NCBI GenBank assembly: GCA_043810925.1
Contig: JBDRNT010000041.1
Location: forward strand, 1-39,101
Length of the DNA stretch: 39,101 nt
Direction: 5' to 3'
DNA from: Candidatus Eiseniibacteriota bacterium
GTDB taxonomy: Bacteria > Arandabacterota > Arandabacteria > Arandabacterales > Arandabacteraceae
Position numbers and translations under genes: made by a program. Under the pieces are notes generated by a model, which was given only the letters and a program-made list of their open reading frames with translations, had not been told where the DNA came from and did not search any database. The stretch's first letter is position 1. Every line of letters starts with the position of its first letter. Shown here piece after piece: positions 9,819-18,322 of the stretch.

Positions 9819-12092
9819 GTGATGACTGACCGCGGAATGCCAAGACGATATGCAATCGGCCTGCTGGTTATGAGCATGCTGGTCTGTTCCAGTGTGGCAG
9901 TTGCGGTGCACGGGAAATACGCCCATACGGACTCGGCAAGAGGCACAACCACACCGCTTCTCATACGGAGTGGTGAGTGGTCTGATCTACCCGGCGCTAC
10001 CGCTGACCAGGGGTCTGGTATACACCCAAGGCGCGAGCCACTTGCAGTCTTCCCCGGGATCACGCAGAGCGATTCCGATTGGGTTCTGATCGATACCGAC
10101 ACTTTCTTTGTCAGGCTTCCGGTTGACGAGGCCTGTGCCATCCGGTTTGACTGTCTGGGTGAATCACTCGAGGTTCTTCTTCCGCCGGACGCCCTGACAA
10201 GCCCTGCAAGGCAGGCGGTCGAGTATGCTCCCGACTGGCTGGCACTCGAACTTGAGGATGCCTTCGCCAGAATGAACTCGGGCAGCCAGGACACCTATGC
10301 GGGGATAATCCTGGGCACACCGGATCCAATCGTCGATGAGATAGCGTTTGTCATTGCCCACACCGCGACCCAGGTGCTTCAGTCCGTGAATTTCAAGACG
10401 CAGATCCTCACGGAAAACGCGGAGGACGTTTACGGCCATGATCCGTTCATCGACTACGCGGACATAGTGGACTACGGCTCGGCGGCCGCCGGAGGCAACT
10501 ACTACTCGACGGTTCTTTACCGGACGGCGGAAACGGGTGACACCCTCGAGATCGAGCTTCCGAGGGAGAGGTATTACTGGGACATAGTGCACCTGAAGAT
10601 CTCCGATGAGTTCCCGACCTATATCAATCCCGCCACGGGTGCAGCCACAGACCCGCCCGTGGGCAGGTTCTGGCGTGAATTCCTGTTTGCGCACGCAGAC
10701 TCCGGCTATCCCGCTCTCAAGGATGAACTGGCAGGTTGTGGTACGCTCTGGGAGGGGCAGGTTAACAGTCTGGCGAATGGTGCCGTCGGTATAATGAGCC
10801 AGTGGATCCTCGATGTGATGGACTTCGGTTCCGGTGTCGAGCGCCCGATTCAGCCGGTGCGGATCTACCGTAAACACCTTGGCCGGTGCGGTGAGCATGC
10901 CGACATCACCGCTGCCGCCGCGCGTGCAGCGCTGATTGCCACCAATTCGCCGCTCTCGATGGCAAGCGATCATACCTGGAACGAATTCTGGGACCAACGG
11001 TGGGTCCATTGGGAACCTGTAAACGTCTATGTCGACTCTCCATGGAGCTATGAGGGGTGGGGCAAGGTCTTTCTGGGGATCTTTAACTGGCAAGGCGACG
11101 ACGGGATCTGGACAGTCACCGAGCGCTACACCCCGCACTGCACGCTGACGGTCGCGGTGAGCGATTCCTTCGGCTATCCTGTGGATGGGGCTCAGGTCAC
11201 AATCGCGAGGAAGACAAGCTCGATCACGTATTACGAAAGCACCTGGGGCTCGACCGGCCATGACGGTCTCTGCCGCTTCCTGCTCGGGGACGAAACGGAT
11301 GTTTATGCCCGGATAGACAGCGATCTCGGTACAATCCCGCCCGGGCCGCTGTACAAGCTGGCCGTTGACTCAAGCGCGGCAGACAGTCACTATACGTGGG
11401 TCAAAAGCCTCCCGAACCACCGGCCGCAGGTGCCTGTCCAAGCGGCATCACTGCCGGCGGAACCCACCGACAGCTACCAGCTTCGCCTCAGCTGGGAAGC
11501 CGTGGGTGAGTTCTGTTACGGAGACAACAGACTTAACAACAACACCTTCTCTGATCATATTACTGGCGGTGCGGTTGAGTTCTTCGTGTGTGACGCGCCC
11601 AACTACGCGGCCTACGCCACATCTGATTCTTTTCTGGCTTACAACATCATTGAGGATGCCGACTCGGTCGAGTTGACCTTTACATTCCCGACGCATGACG
11701 AGTGGTATGCCGTTCTTTCAAATGAAGAACACGTCGTGAGTTCACAGCTGGTGCGCGGTACGGCACATCTCTACGCCCGGCCGTCTGCCCGTGTGGCATC
11801 CGGCAGTTCCCCGGGCACGATCAGGCTGGACCAAACCAGGCCGAATCCCTTTACGTCTGAAACCTGGATATCATACAGCGTCGGCAGGGAAGCGATGGTA
11901 GATCTTGCAATCTACGATGTGACAGGGCGCAGGGTGACGACCCTGGTCTCGGAAAGAGTGCCGTACGGTGACCACCGGGTATGCTGGAACGGGCTGGATG
12001 CGTTCGGGAGACCTGTTGCGTCCGGGGTCTATCTCTTACGCGTTGAAACACCGGAGCGCAGACTTTCGCACAAGGTTGTGTTTGTCAGGTAG
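9819..12092 (+). CDS. Secreted transglutaminase-like (PNGase-like) protein with C-terminal FlgD-Ig/T9SS-type sorting domain
   Basis: Signal peptide; GRCGE...DHTWNE...RWVHWEP catalytic motifs; C-terminal PNPF...IYDVTGRRV...WNG.D..G..VASGVY. Confidence 0.8.
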   Translation: MMTDRGMPRRYAIGLLVMSMLVCSSVAVAVHGKYAHTDSARGTTTPLLIRSGEWSDLPGATADQGSGIHPRREPLAVFPGITQSDSDWVLIDTDTFFVRLPVDEACAIRFDCLGESLEVLLPPDALTSPARQAVEYAPDWLALELEDAFARMNSGSQDTYAGIILGTPDPIVDEIAFVIAHTATQVLQSVNFKTQILTENAEDVYGHDPFIDYADIVDYGSAAAGGNYYSTVLYRTAETGDTLEIELPRERYYWDIVHLKISDEFPTYINPATGAATDPPVGRFWREFLFAHADSGYPALKDELAGCGTLWEGQVNSLANGAVGIMSQWILDVMDFGSGVERPIQPVRIYRKHLGRCGEHADITAAAARAALIATNSPLSMASDHTWNEFWDQRWVHWEPVNVYVDSPWSYEGWGKVFLGIFNWQGDDGIWTVTERYTPHCTLTVAVSDSFGYPVDGAQVTIARKTSSITYYESTWGSTGHDGLCRFLLGDETDVYARIDSDLGTIPPGPLYKLAVDSSAADSHYTWVKSLPNHRPQVPVQAASLPAEPTDSYQLRLSWEAVGEFCYGDNRLNNNTFSDHITGGAVEFFVCDAPNYAAYATSDSFLAYNIIEDADSVELTFTFPTHDEWYAVLSNEEHVVSSQLVRGTAHLYARPSARVASGSSPGTIRLDQTRPNPFTSETWISYSVGREAMVDLAIYDVTGRRVTTLVSERVPYGDHRVCWNGLDAFGRPVASGVYLLRVETPERRLSHKVVFVR

Positions 12093-12101
12093 CAGGTCGG
12101 T

Positions 12102-13061
12102 GTGGATATACTCAAAGAGGTGCTGCAGGCCGAGGAGCGTATCCGGCCGTATGTCCACGAGACGGCACTCTTACGTTCTGCGTATCTCAGCGAGACCGGC
12201 AAGGCCAGTGTCCGCTGCAAGCTTGAGAACCTTCAACACACGGGCTCGTTTAAGGTCCGCGGTGCGCTCAACAAGCTGCTGTCGCTTTCTCTGGACACCA
12301 TGGCCGGAGGGATCGTGGCCGCATCGACGGGTAATCACGGCGCCGCAGTCGCGTGGAGTGCACAGACGCTCAATGTACGAAGCCTCGTATTCGTGACTGA
12401 AAATACAGATTCCTCCAAGGTGGAAGCCGTCATGGGCTATGGTGCGGAGGTCCGCCGTCACGGCGCCGATTGTCTTGAAACGGAAGTTCACGCGCGTGAG
12501 TACGCAGGCAAGCACAACATGACCTATGTGCCACCCTACAACGATCCGCAGGTGATCGGCGGCCAGGGTACAATCGGTGTCGAGCTCTCACGGCAGACAG
12601 CCGGGATAGATGCGGTGTTTGTCTCAGTCGGTGGTGGGGGATTGATATCCGGAATCGCCACCTATCTTAAGTCGGTACAACCCGGGCTAAGGGTAATAGG
12701 ATGTTCGCCTGAGAACTCACAGGTAATGATCCAGTCGCTTAAGGCGGGACGAATTCTTAGTCTGCCGTCGCTTCCGACCCTGTCTGACGGCACCGCGGGC
12801 GGGGTTGAAGCAGGTTCGATCACCTTCGATCTTTGCCGCGGGCTGGTAGATGACTACGTCACCGTCACGGAAGATGAAATTGCTGAAGGTCTGCGACTGT
12901 TTCTCAAGGCCCACGATATGGTGATAGAAGGAGCCGCCGCCGTCGCGGTCGCTTCTTACCTCAAGATTCGAGACAGATTCAGAGGCAAGAGTGTGGTGAT
13001 CGTGATTTGCGGGGCAAACATCAGCCCCGGTACCCTCAAGCAGGTCCTTTCTCCGCAATGA
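12102..13061 (+). CDS. PLP-dependent threonine/serine dehydratase (catabolic type, no regulatory domain)
   Basis: KLENLQHTGSFKVRGA, ASTGNHG, GQGTIG, VGGGGLISG, CGAN. Confidence 0.92.
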   Translation: MDILKEVLQAEERIRPYVHETALLRSAYLSETGKASVRCKLENLQHTGSFKVRGALNKLLSLSLDTMAGGIVAASTGNHGAAVAWSAQTLNVRSLVFVTENTDSSKVEAVMGYGAEVRRHGADCLETEVHAREYAGKHNMTYVPPYNDPQVIGGQGTIGVELSRQTAGIDAVFVSVGGGGLISGIATYLKSVQPGLRVIGCSPENSQVMIQSLKAGRILSLPSLPTLSDGTAGGVEAGSITFDLCRGLVDDYVTVTEDEIAEGLRLFLKAHDMVIEGAAAVAVASYLKIRDRFRGKSVVIVICGANISPGTLKQVLSPQ

Positions 13062-13848
13062 AGATCATCTCGGGCGACTTATCGTCAAGAGGTGAGCGAT
13101 CGAAATTCCCGAAGACCTCCACGACGCGGAAGCCGCAGCGCGCCAGCATGTGTTCAATCTCGAACCTGAAGAAGTAGCGAAACGGGAAGGCCTGCACAAG
13201 GCGCTCGGTTCTGCCATTAGCATCCGTCAGGTAGTAGATGATCTCAATCTCGTTATACTGCTCTGAGCGGTGCAAGGCCGTGTGGCGGTGGCACCGGCGA
13301 AGCTTGCGGCCGTCGGGCAGTTCGAATTCGGGCAGGTCTTCTCGCTCCTGAAGTATACAGGGATCGGTGATCATATCGAGATTCACCTGGAAGACATCAA
13401 AAACGAGCCTCCCTCCAGCGCCAAGATGGGCATGGGCATGCTCCAGGCAAGCCATCTGGTCATCAACGGCAACCAGGTGCTGGAAGGGCCGGAAGGGTAT
13501 TATGAGCAGCGCGAATTCACCGTCCAACCTGAAATCGGTCATGCTTGCCTGTACCAGACTCACACGCGCCTGAACGTCCGCTGGCTTACCGGCCAAGTGG
13601 TCTCTGCACCTGGCCAGCATGTTTGGGGAAACGTCAAGTCCTACGATAGTCACTCCGGCCTCGGCAGCCGGGATAAGCACTCTTCCCGTGCCGCAACCCA
13701 GTTCAAGCACCCGCCCTTTGGTTGAGCTGCAAAGATCGACATAGAACTCGACATCATGCCGGTCGGTATACTGAGGAACAAGATCATAAAGTTCGGCCAG
13801 GAACGGCTCGTCGTAGTAACTCCCGAATTCCGCCATATCCCCCCCCAT
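13036..13848 (-). CDS. Class I SAM-dependent methyltransferase
   Basis: VLELGCGTGRV, GLDVSPNML, AHLGAGG; 3' end overlaps the dehydratase gene by 26 nt. Confidence 0.9.
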   Translation of the reverse strand: MGGDMAEFGSYYDEPFLAELYDLVPQYTDRHDVEFYVDLCSSTKGRVLELGCGTGRVLIPAAEAGVTIVGLDVSPNMLARCRDHLAGKPADVQARVSLVQASMTDFRLDGEFALLIIPFRPFQHLVAVDDQMACLEHAHAHLGAGGRLVFDVFQVNLDMITDPCILQEREDLPEFELPDGRKLRRCHRHTALHRSEQYNEIEIIYYLTDANGRTERLVQAFPFRYFFRFEIEHMLARCGFRVVEVFGNFDRSPLDDKSPEMIFIAEKGPA

Positions 13849-13890
13849 AATTCTGTACCAGCTTAGTAATTATGACGTCGCCGGAACCAT

Positions 13891-13915
13891 GGAATTACCA
13901 AACTGTCACCGGATT
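13891..13915 (+). repeat. REP-like repeat copy 1
   Basis: GGAATTACCAAACTGTCACCGGATT. Confidence 0.7.
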
Positions 13916-13917
13916 AG

Positions 13918-14457
13918 CTATTCGTCTGAGGAAGACAAACCCGCGGGCTGACTGTCGCGGATCTCCTGCTTCACGCGTTCATATACATTATATACTATAG
14001 GACATACCGAGCAACTCGAGAACGCCCGGTCGAGCCTGGCTACAAATCCCGCCCTCCGGAGACTTGGATACACGCGACAAGCATCCGGTCTATCCGAATA
14101 GACTGAGCAGGCGTTGTCGACAAGGAAGGGGCAAGGCGTGAGCTTATAGTAGTGTTCTTCGCCGTCCTTGTACGCATTGAGGTATTTTGTAATGAAGTCT
14201 TCTCTCGGGATCTTGAGGCGTACGGCGAGACGGTCGATGTCACTGGCCGTCAGCATGGGGCGAAACACCTTGCAGCAATTCCCACAGTCCCGACACTCGA
14301 TTTCGCCGGACACCGCCCGGTAGTGTTTACGGACAATAGTGTCGATGTCTTTGGTTGAGAGATCACAAATATCAAGGAGATACCGGTACTGCGTGTTTTC
14401 GTCATGATTCTGACGCGTCAACGTCTCGATTCTGCTTATGCTGGTCTCGAGCTTCAT
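13918..14457 (-). CDS. YkgJ-family cysteine-cluster (CxxCxxCC) protein
   Basis: CRDCGNCC...PCPFL...CSVYSDRPDACRVYP; likely start MKLETS at 14457 after AGGTG. Confidence 0.85.
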   Translation of the reverse strand: MKLETSISRIETLTRQNHDENTQYRYLLDICDLSTKDIDTIVRKHYRAVSGEIECRDCGNCCKVFRPMLTASDIDRLAVRLKIPREDFITKYLNAYKDGEEHYYKLTPCPFLVDNACSVYSDRPDACRVYPSLRRAGFVARLDRAFSSCSVCPIVYNVYERVKQEIRDSQPAGLSSSDE

Positions 14458-14507
14458 AACACCTTTATGATGACAGATACCGCACTCGCGTGTCCACGCC
14501 ATTCGAA

Positions 14508-14530
14508 AACTCGGTGACAGTTTACTAATT
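14508..14530 (-). repeat. REP-like repeat copy 2 (inverted)
   Basis: Reverse complement reads AATTAGTAAACTGTCACCGAGTT. Confidence 0.65.
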
Positions 14531-14575
14531 AGGGTAATACTCCTGCAACGACCGCGCAAGCCCGGCCGGAGATCG

Positions 14576-14600
14576 GGAATCCCCAAGCCGCCACCGAATT
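14576..14600 (+). repeat. REP-like repeat copy 3 (degenerate)
   Basis: GGAATCCCCAAGCCGCCACCGAATT. Confidence 0.55.
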
Positions 14601-14619
14601 AGGCGTAGTCATAGAAGCC

Positions 14620-14991
14620 GTGACCCATGCGGCAGTCGGCGCCACAGGCACCGGGCTTGCCTATATATACTGGAACAGTGGGAAGCGCGAGGCGGCCGGT
14701 GATCTGCTTGCCGGGGCTCTGGAAGAAGCAAAGACAAACATGGAAGACGGAGCTGAGGATATATTCACTCCCTTTAACATCGCTTCCATCTACGCTGTGC
14801 AGGGGGAGAAGGAACAGGCGTATACATGGCTTCTGAAGTCAATCGACGCCGGGTGGTTAAACTACAGTGCTCTCATCAACGATCCTCTCTTCGAATGCCT
14901 GCACGACGACGACCGCTTCAAGCAGATGATGGCCGACCTCAAAGCACGGGTTGCGGAAATGCGGGCCCGCGCCGAGGAAGAAATCCCCTGA
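14620..14991 (+). pseudogene. 5'-truncated TPR-domain gene (C-terminal TPR region of a larger protein)
   Basis: FNIASIYAVQGEKEQAYTWLLKSIDAGW...DPLFECLHDDDRF is a typical terminal TPR module; no SD, and it begins right after a repeat. Confidence 0.6.
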
Positions 14992-15049
14992 CAGTCTGCT
15001 AACTTCCAGAGCTAGCCGCCAAGGGCCAGACCGATCCCGGTAGCGATGA

Positions 15050-15082
15050 GGAATTTCCAGACTGTCACCGAATTACCGAATT
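15050..15082 (+). repeat. REP-like repeat copy 4 with tandem duplication of ACCGAATT
   Basis: GGAATTTCCAGACTGTCACCGAATT-ACCGAATT. Confidence 0.7.
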
Positions 15083-15260
15083 AGGTTTTGCGCTTGCCCA
15101 AGAGGCCGCCGAGCAGGATATTCGAGACCACGGCGCCACCGGCCAGGATTGGTGTTACATCCGAGGCCAACCCCGTACCCTTGAGTTTGAATGCGGTACC
15201 GAGTATTACAGCTCCCCAGATGATGGCGTTCGCTATTATGGCCGCGCCCAGATTCTTCAT
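15081..15260 (-). CDS. Small two-helix membrane protein (59 aa)
   Basis: MKNLGAAIIANAIIWGAVIL...; strong AGGAGG SD. Confidence 0.7.
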   Translation of the reverse strand: MKNLGAAIIANAIIWGAVILGTAFKLKGTGLASDVTPILAGGAVVSNILLGGLLGKRKT

Positions 15261-15286
15261 TGTCTTCCTCCTTATCAGTCTATCTC

Positions 15287-15757
15287 CTACAGTCGAAGCC
15301 GCATCAGGGCCTCGTCTTCTTCCCAATCGCCCGTAAGCTTAAATCCCATCCTCTCATAAAACCCCTGGGGACTCCCTTCTGCAACGTGGATACTCGTGAG
15401 AAGCACGGTGGCACCGGGCCTCGTCTTCACGTACTCAATCAAATGCTCCAGGGCCTTCCGACCGAACCCCATGCCCTGGTAACGCTGATCGATCATGAGA
15501 CGCCAGAGGAAGTACTCAGGCTTCTTAGTGTCGTCGTAGAGCATCACAAAGCCGACGGGTGTCTCATCGGCGTATATCGCACGGAACCATGCGCACTTCG
15601 AGAAGTAGGCCTGTGCAATGGAAAGTGCGTTGGCGGCAACGAATTGAGTCTGCACTTCCGTGACGGAGAGACCGCAGATCACCCGGACGGTATCGGCGGT
15701 TATCTCCCGAAGAGTCACGCTGCTGTCGTGTGACGGTGCGTCACATGTATCGCTCAC
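15287..15757 (-). CDS. GNAT-family N-acetyltransferase (diamine/spermidine acetyltransferase-like)
   Basis: LWRLMIDQRYQGMGFG acetyl-CoA motif, FYERMGF. Confidence 0.9.
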   Translation of the reverse strand: MSDTCDAPSHDSSVTLREITADTVRVICGLSVTEVQTQFVAANALSIAQAYFSKCAWFRAIYADETPVGFVMLYDDTKKPEYFLWRLMIDQRYQGMGFGRKALEHLIEYVKTRPGATVLLTSIHVAEGSPQGFYERMGFKLTGDWEEDEALMRLRL

Positions 15758-15770
15758 AACGACTTTTCTC

Positions 15771-16847
15771 CTATTGTCGCATCAGTTCTACAGTCTCCTG
15801 CATTTTCCGGATCACATCAACACCAAACGGGCATCTCTCGGTGCAAACTGCACATTCGCTGCAGTCTGAAGCGTTTGCCTCAAGCCCGCCATACTCTGAC
15901 CTCAGTTGCGGCGTGACGCGAAGTTTCGCGATATCACCGATTCTGTTGACCGCAGCGATATCGATTCCTTGTGGACATGGCAGGCAGTGGCTGCAGTAGA
16001 CACACCCATCGATGACGGCCTCCATCCTTTCTTGGTCCTCAATGAGTTGCAGGAAGTCTCTTTCCTTGTCGGAGGCTTTCCAGAAGAGGTCCAGAGCCAC
16101 TACTTCTTCCACTCTGGAGACCCCGGCAAGAGCAACTTCAACACCGGGCTGACTCAATGCATAGTGAAGGCACTGAACCGGACTTGCCTGCACGCCGTTA
16201 CCGGGTGCCAACAACCGGCCGCCCCAGAAGACTTTCATGGCGACGACCGGAAGCCCGTGCTCAATACAGGTATTCAGGACCCTCTTCTTCTCCGCGGCGA
16301 CAAAACCACGGCGAAAGGGTGAAGAGATAGCTTTGGATGCCAGATTCACAGGGTGCATCAAGACATCGAAATCTCCACTCCGGGCCGCCAGCAAGGGCGT
16401 TTCCGGACGGTGACAACTCATGCCGATGGCTCTGGTCTTACCTTCCTGCTTCAATTTTGCGGCAAGGTCATAAAGTCCCTCGGGGCGCATCATCTCGTCA
16501 TATTCGCTTTGCTTATCAATCCATTGAATAAAGAGGATGTCCACGTGGTCGGTGCCGAGACAACGGAGCAGATCGTCGAATATGGTGAGTGCTTTCGACG
16601 GGTTTCTCTCAGCACGAACGAGATGCCCGGCAATCACCAGCCTGTCACGCCTGCCCGTGAATGCCCTGCCGAACCTTGCGCGTGCCTCTTCCTTGTCTGT
16701 CAGGATATCGAAGTAAGTGTAACCACGGTCGATCGCGCAGGATACGACTTCAGTGAGACGTTTCCCGGAACAACGATTGAGATGCGCCGTTCCGATACCT
16801 ATTCTGCTCACGTTCAGTTCAGTTTGTCCCAATTGAATGTGCTTCAT
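15771..16847 (-). CDS. Aldo/keto reductase with C-terminal 4Fe-4S dicluster domain
   Basis: LGQTELNVSRIGIG, GKTRAIGMSCH, AMK; CVYCSHCLPCP and CSECAVCTERCP. Confidence 0.9.
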   Translation of the reverse strand: MKHIQLGQTELNVSRIGIGTAHLNRCSGKRLTEVVSCAIDRGYTYFDILTDKEEARARFGRAFTGRRDRLVIAGHLVRAERNPSKALTIFDDLLRCLGTDHVDILFIQWIDKQSEYDEMMRPEGLYDLAAKLKQEGKTRAIGMSCHRPETPLLAARSGDFDVLMHPVNLASKAISSPFRRGFVAAEKKRVLNTCIEHGLPVVAMKVFWGGRLLAPGNGVQASPVQCLHYALSQPGVEVALAGVSRVEEVVALDLFWKASDKERDFLQLIEDQERMEAVIDGCVYCSHCLPCPQGIDIAAVNRIGDIAKLRVTPQLRSEYGGLEANASDCSECAVCTERCPFGVDVIRKMQETVELMRQ

Positions 16848-16960
16848 ATGACTGTTTCCTCTCCGGCAAACAGGCCTGATTTGTAATCATACCGACCGCT
16901 ATCGAGCTACTGAATGCACCGGGTGTTGTCAACACATCTGGCAGTTGCCTCGAGCGAACG

Positions 16961-17086
16961 AAGTCCTGCGGGTGGCTGCTCGGACGGCCATGTTCCACAC
17001 GGGTATTCCAATGCGATCATCGCAACTTCTTGATGAGCGCGAAATGCACCGAAGCGGCGCAGTCCATCGCCGGTCCGGCATGGTGA
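16961..17086 (+). repeat. att-like / serine-recombinase 3'-end copy S1
   Basis: Reads KSCGWLLGRPCSTRVFQCDHRNFLMSAKC...*; CGCAACTTCTTGATGAG (17021-17037) is 16/17 identical to 30564-30580. Confidence 0.6.
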
Positions 17087-17152
17087 TACCTCTGCCCTCG
17101 GTCGCCATCAGACTGAATGCTCTTGTGAAAAGGTAACCAATTAAGTAACCTT

Positions 17153-17169
17153 ATACGGGTGTGGGGTAT
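17153..17169. promoter_or_regulatory. CsoR-type operator
   Basis: ATAC-GGGTGTGGG-GTAT, i.e. TAC/GTA inverted repeat around a G-tract, upstream of csoR. Confidence 0.6.
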
Positions 17170-17200
17170 CCAAAGAAATATGAAAGGGGGTATGGATTCA

Positions 17201-17482
17201 ATGATTGATGACACGGTGGAGGGCGACGCTCTCAAGCGATTGAGGCGGATCGAGGGCCAGGTGATCGGGGTCCAGAAGATGATAAAGGAGCGTAGATACT
17301 GCATGGACATTGTCAATCAGGTATCGGCGGTCGAGGCAGCTCTTCACAGGGTATCCAAAATCGTTCTGAGGAATCATATCAAGACCTGTGTGCTCTCGGC
17401 TTTCAGATCAGGCGATACGGACGACGTAACCCGCAAAGTCGACGAGCTGATGCGGGTATACGACAATGTCCGCTTGAAGTAG
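17201..17482 (+). CDS. csoR: Copper-sensing transcriptional repressor, CsoR/RcnR family
   Basis: RLRRIEGQV.G.QKMI...YC.DI; Cys-His-Cys ligands (RYC, HIKTC); alternative start at 17192. Confidence 0.88.
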   Translation: MIDDTVEGDALKRLRRIEGQVIGVQKMIKERRYCMDIVNQVSAVEAALHRVSKIVLRNHIKTCVLSAFRSGDTDDVTRKVDELMRVYDNVRLK

Positions 17483-17586
17483 GTGGCCGTGATGATTCAA
17501 AAGTCTGGTAATGCAATCTGCTCAGATGAGTTTCTTGCTATCCGCGTCGCATTCGGGGTGCCGGATGCTACCGAGGGAGGTTTACG

Positions 17587-18294
17587 ATGTTGCGAAGTCA
17601 GCTGATAAGGAACGATGTAAAGATCACCGGGCTGGTTATATTCTCGGCAATCATGATCATCGGCGGTTTCGTACTTGCCGCAGAGCCGGAGGTCGGCTCG
17701 CCCGAGCAAGCCAAGGAAGATACCTACCCGCTGGAAACGTGTATCGTCTCGGGCGAGAAGCTCGGTTCGATGGGCACGCCCTTCATCTATGAGCACGAAG
17801 GCCGTGAGATCCGATTCTGCTGCAAGGGTTGCGTTGGCGGTTTCCAGAAGGATCCCGCCGGTTACCTAAAGAAGATGGACGAGGCCATCATCGCCGGCGA
17901 GGTCCCGGACTATCCACTTGATACTTGCGTTGTGAGCGGCGATACTCTGGGGACGATGGGCGATCCCGTGGACCGCGTGTACGACAACCGGCTCGCACGC
18001 TTATGCTGCGCCGGCTGCATCCACAAGTTTGAAAAGCAACCCGATCAGTATATGAAGATCATAGATGAAGCAAGGGCGGCCCGGGCTGCCGAGCAGTCAC
18101 CGAGGCCGTACCCTCTGGATACATGTATCGTATCGGGAGGCAAGCTGGGAGCGATGGGCGAGCCGGTGACCTATGTATATGAAGGTCAGGAGATTCTGTT
18201 CTGCTGCGCGGGCTGCGTCCCTCAGTTTGAGAAGAATCCGGAGAAATACATGAAGAAGCTGATCTCTCTGGAAGCTGACAAGACCGGAGAGTAA
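17587..18294 (+). CDS. Exported triple YHS/TRASH-like metal-binding protein
   Basis: Signal peptide plus three repeats YPLxTCxVSGxxLGxMGxP...(F/L)CCxGC. Confidence 0.8.
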   Translation: MLRSQLIRNDVKITGLVIFSAIMIIGGFVLAAEPEVGSPEQAKEDTYPLETCIVSGEKLGSMGTPFIYEHEGREIRFCCKGCVGGFQKDPAGYLKKMDEAIIAGEVPDYPLDTCVVSGDTLGTMGDPVDRVYDNRLARLCCAGCIHKFEKQPDQYMKIIDEARAARAAEQSPRPYPLDTCIVSGGKLGAMGEPVTYVYEGQEILFCCAGCVPQFEKNPEKYMKKLISLEADKTGE

Positions 18295-18322
18295 CATCCG
18301 GCGAACAAGGAGGGCGTGGATC

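Noticed and set aside
14458-14586. N-terminal extension of the YkgJ ORF
   Set aside because: It runs through the REP-like inverted repeats; a better start with an SD exists at 14457.
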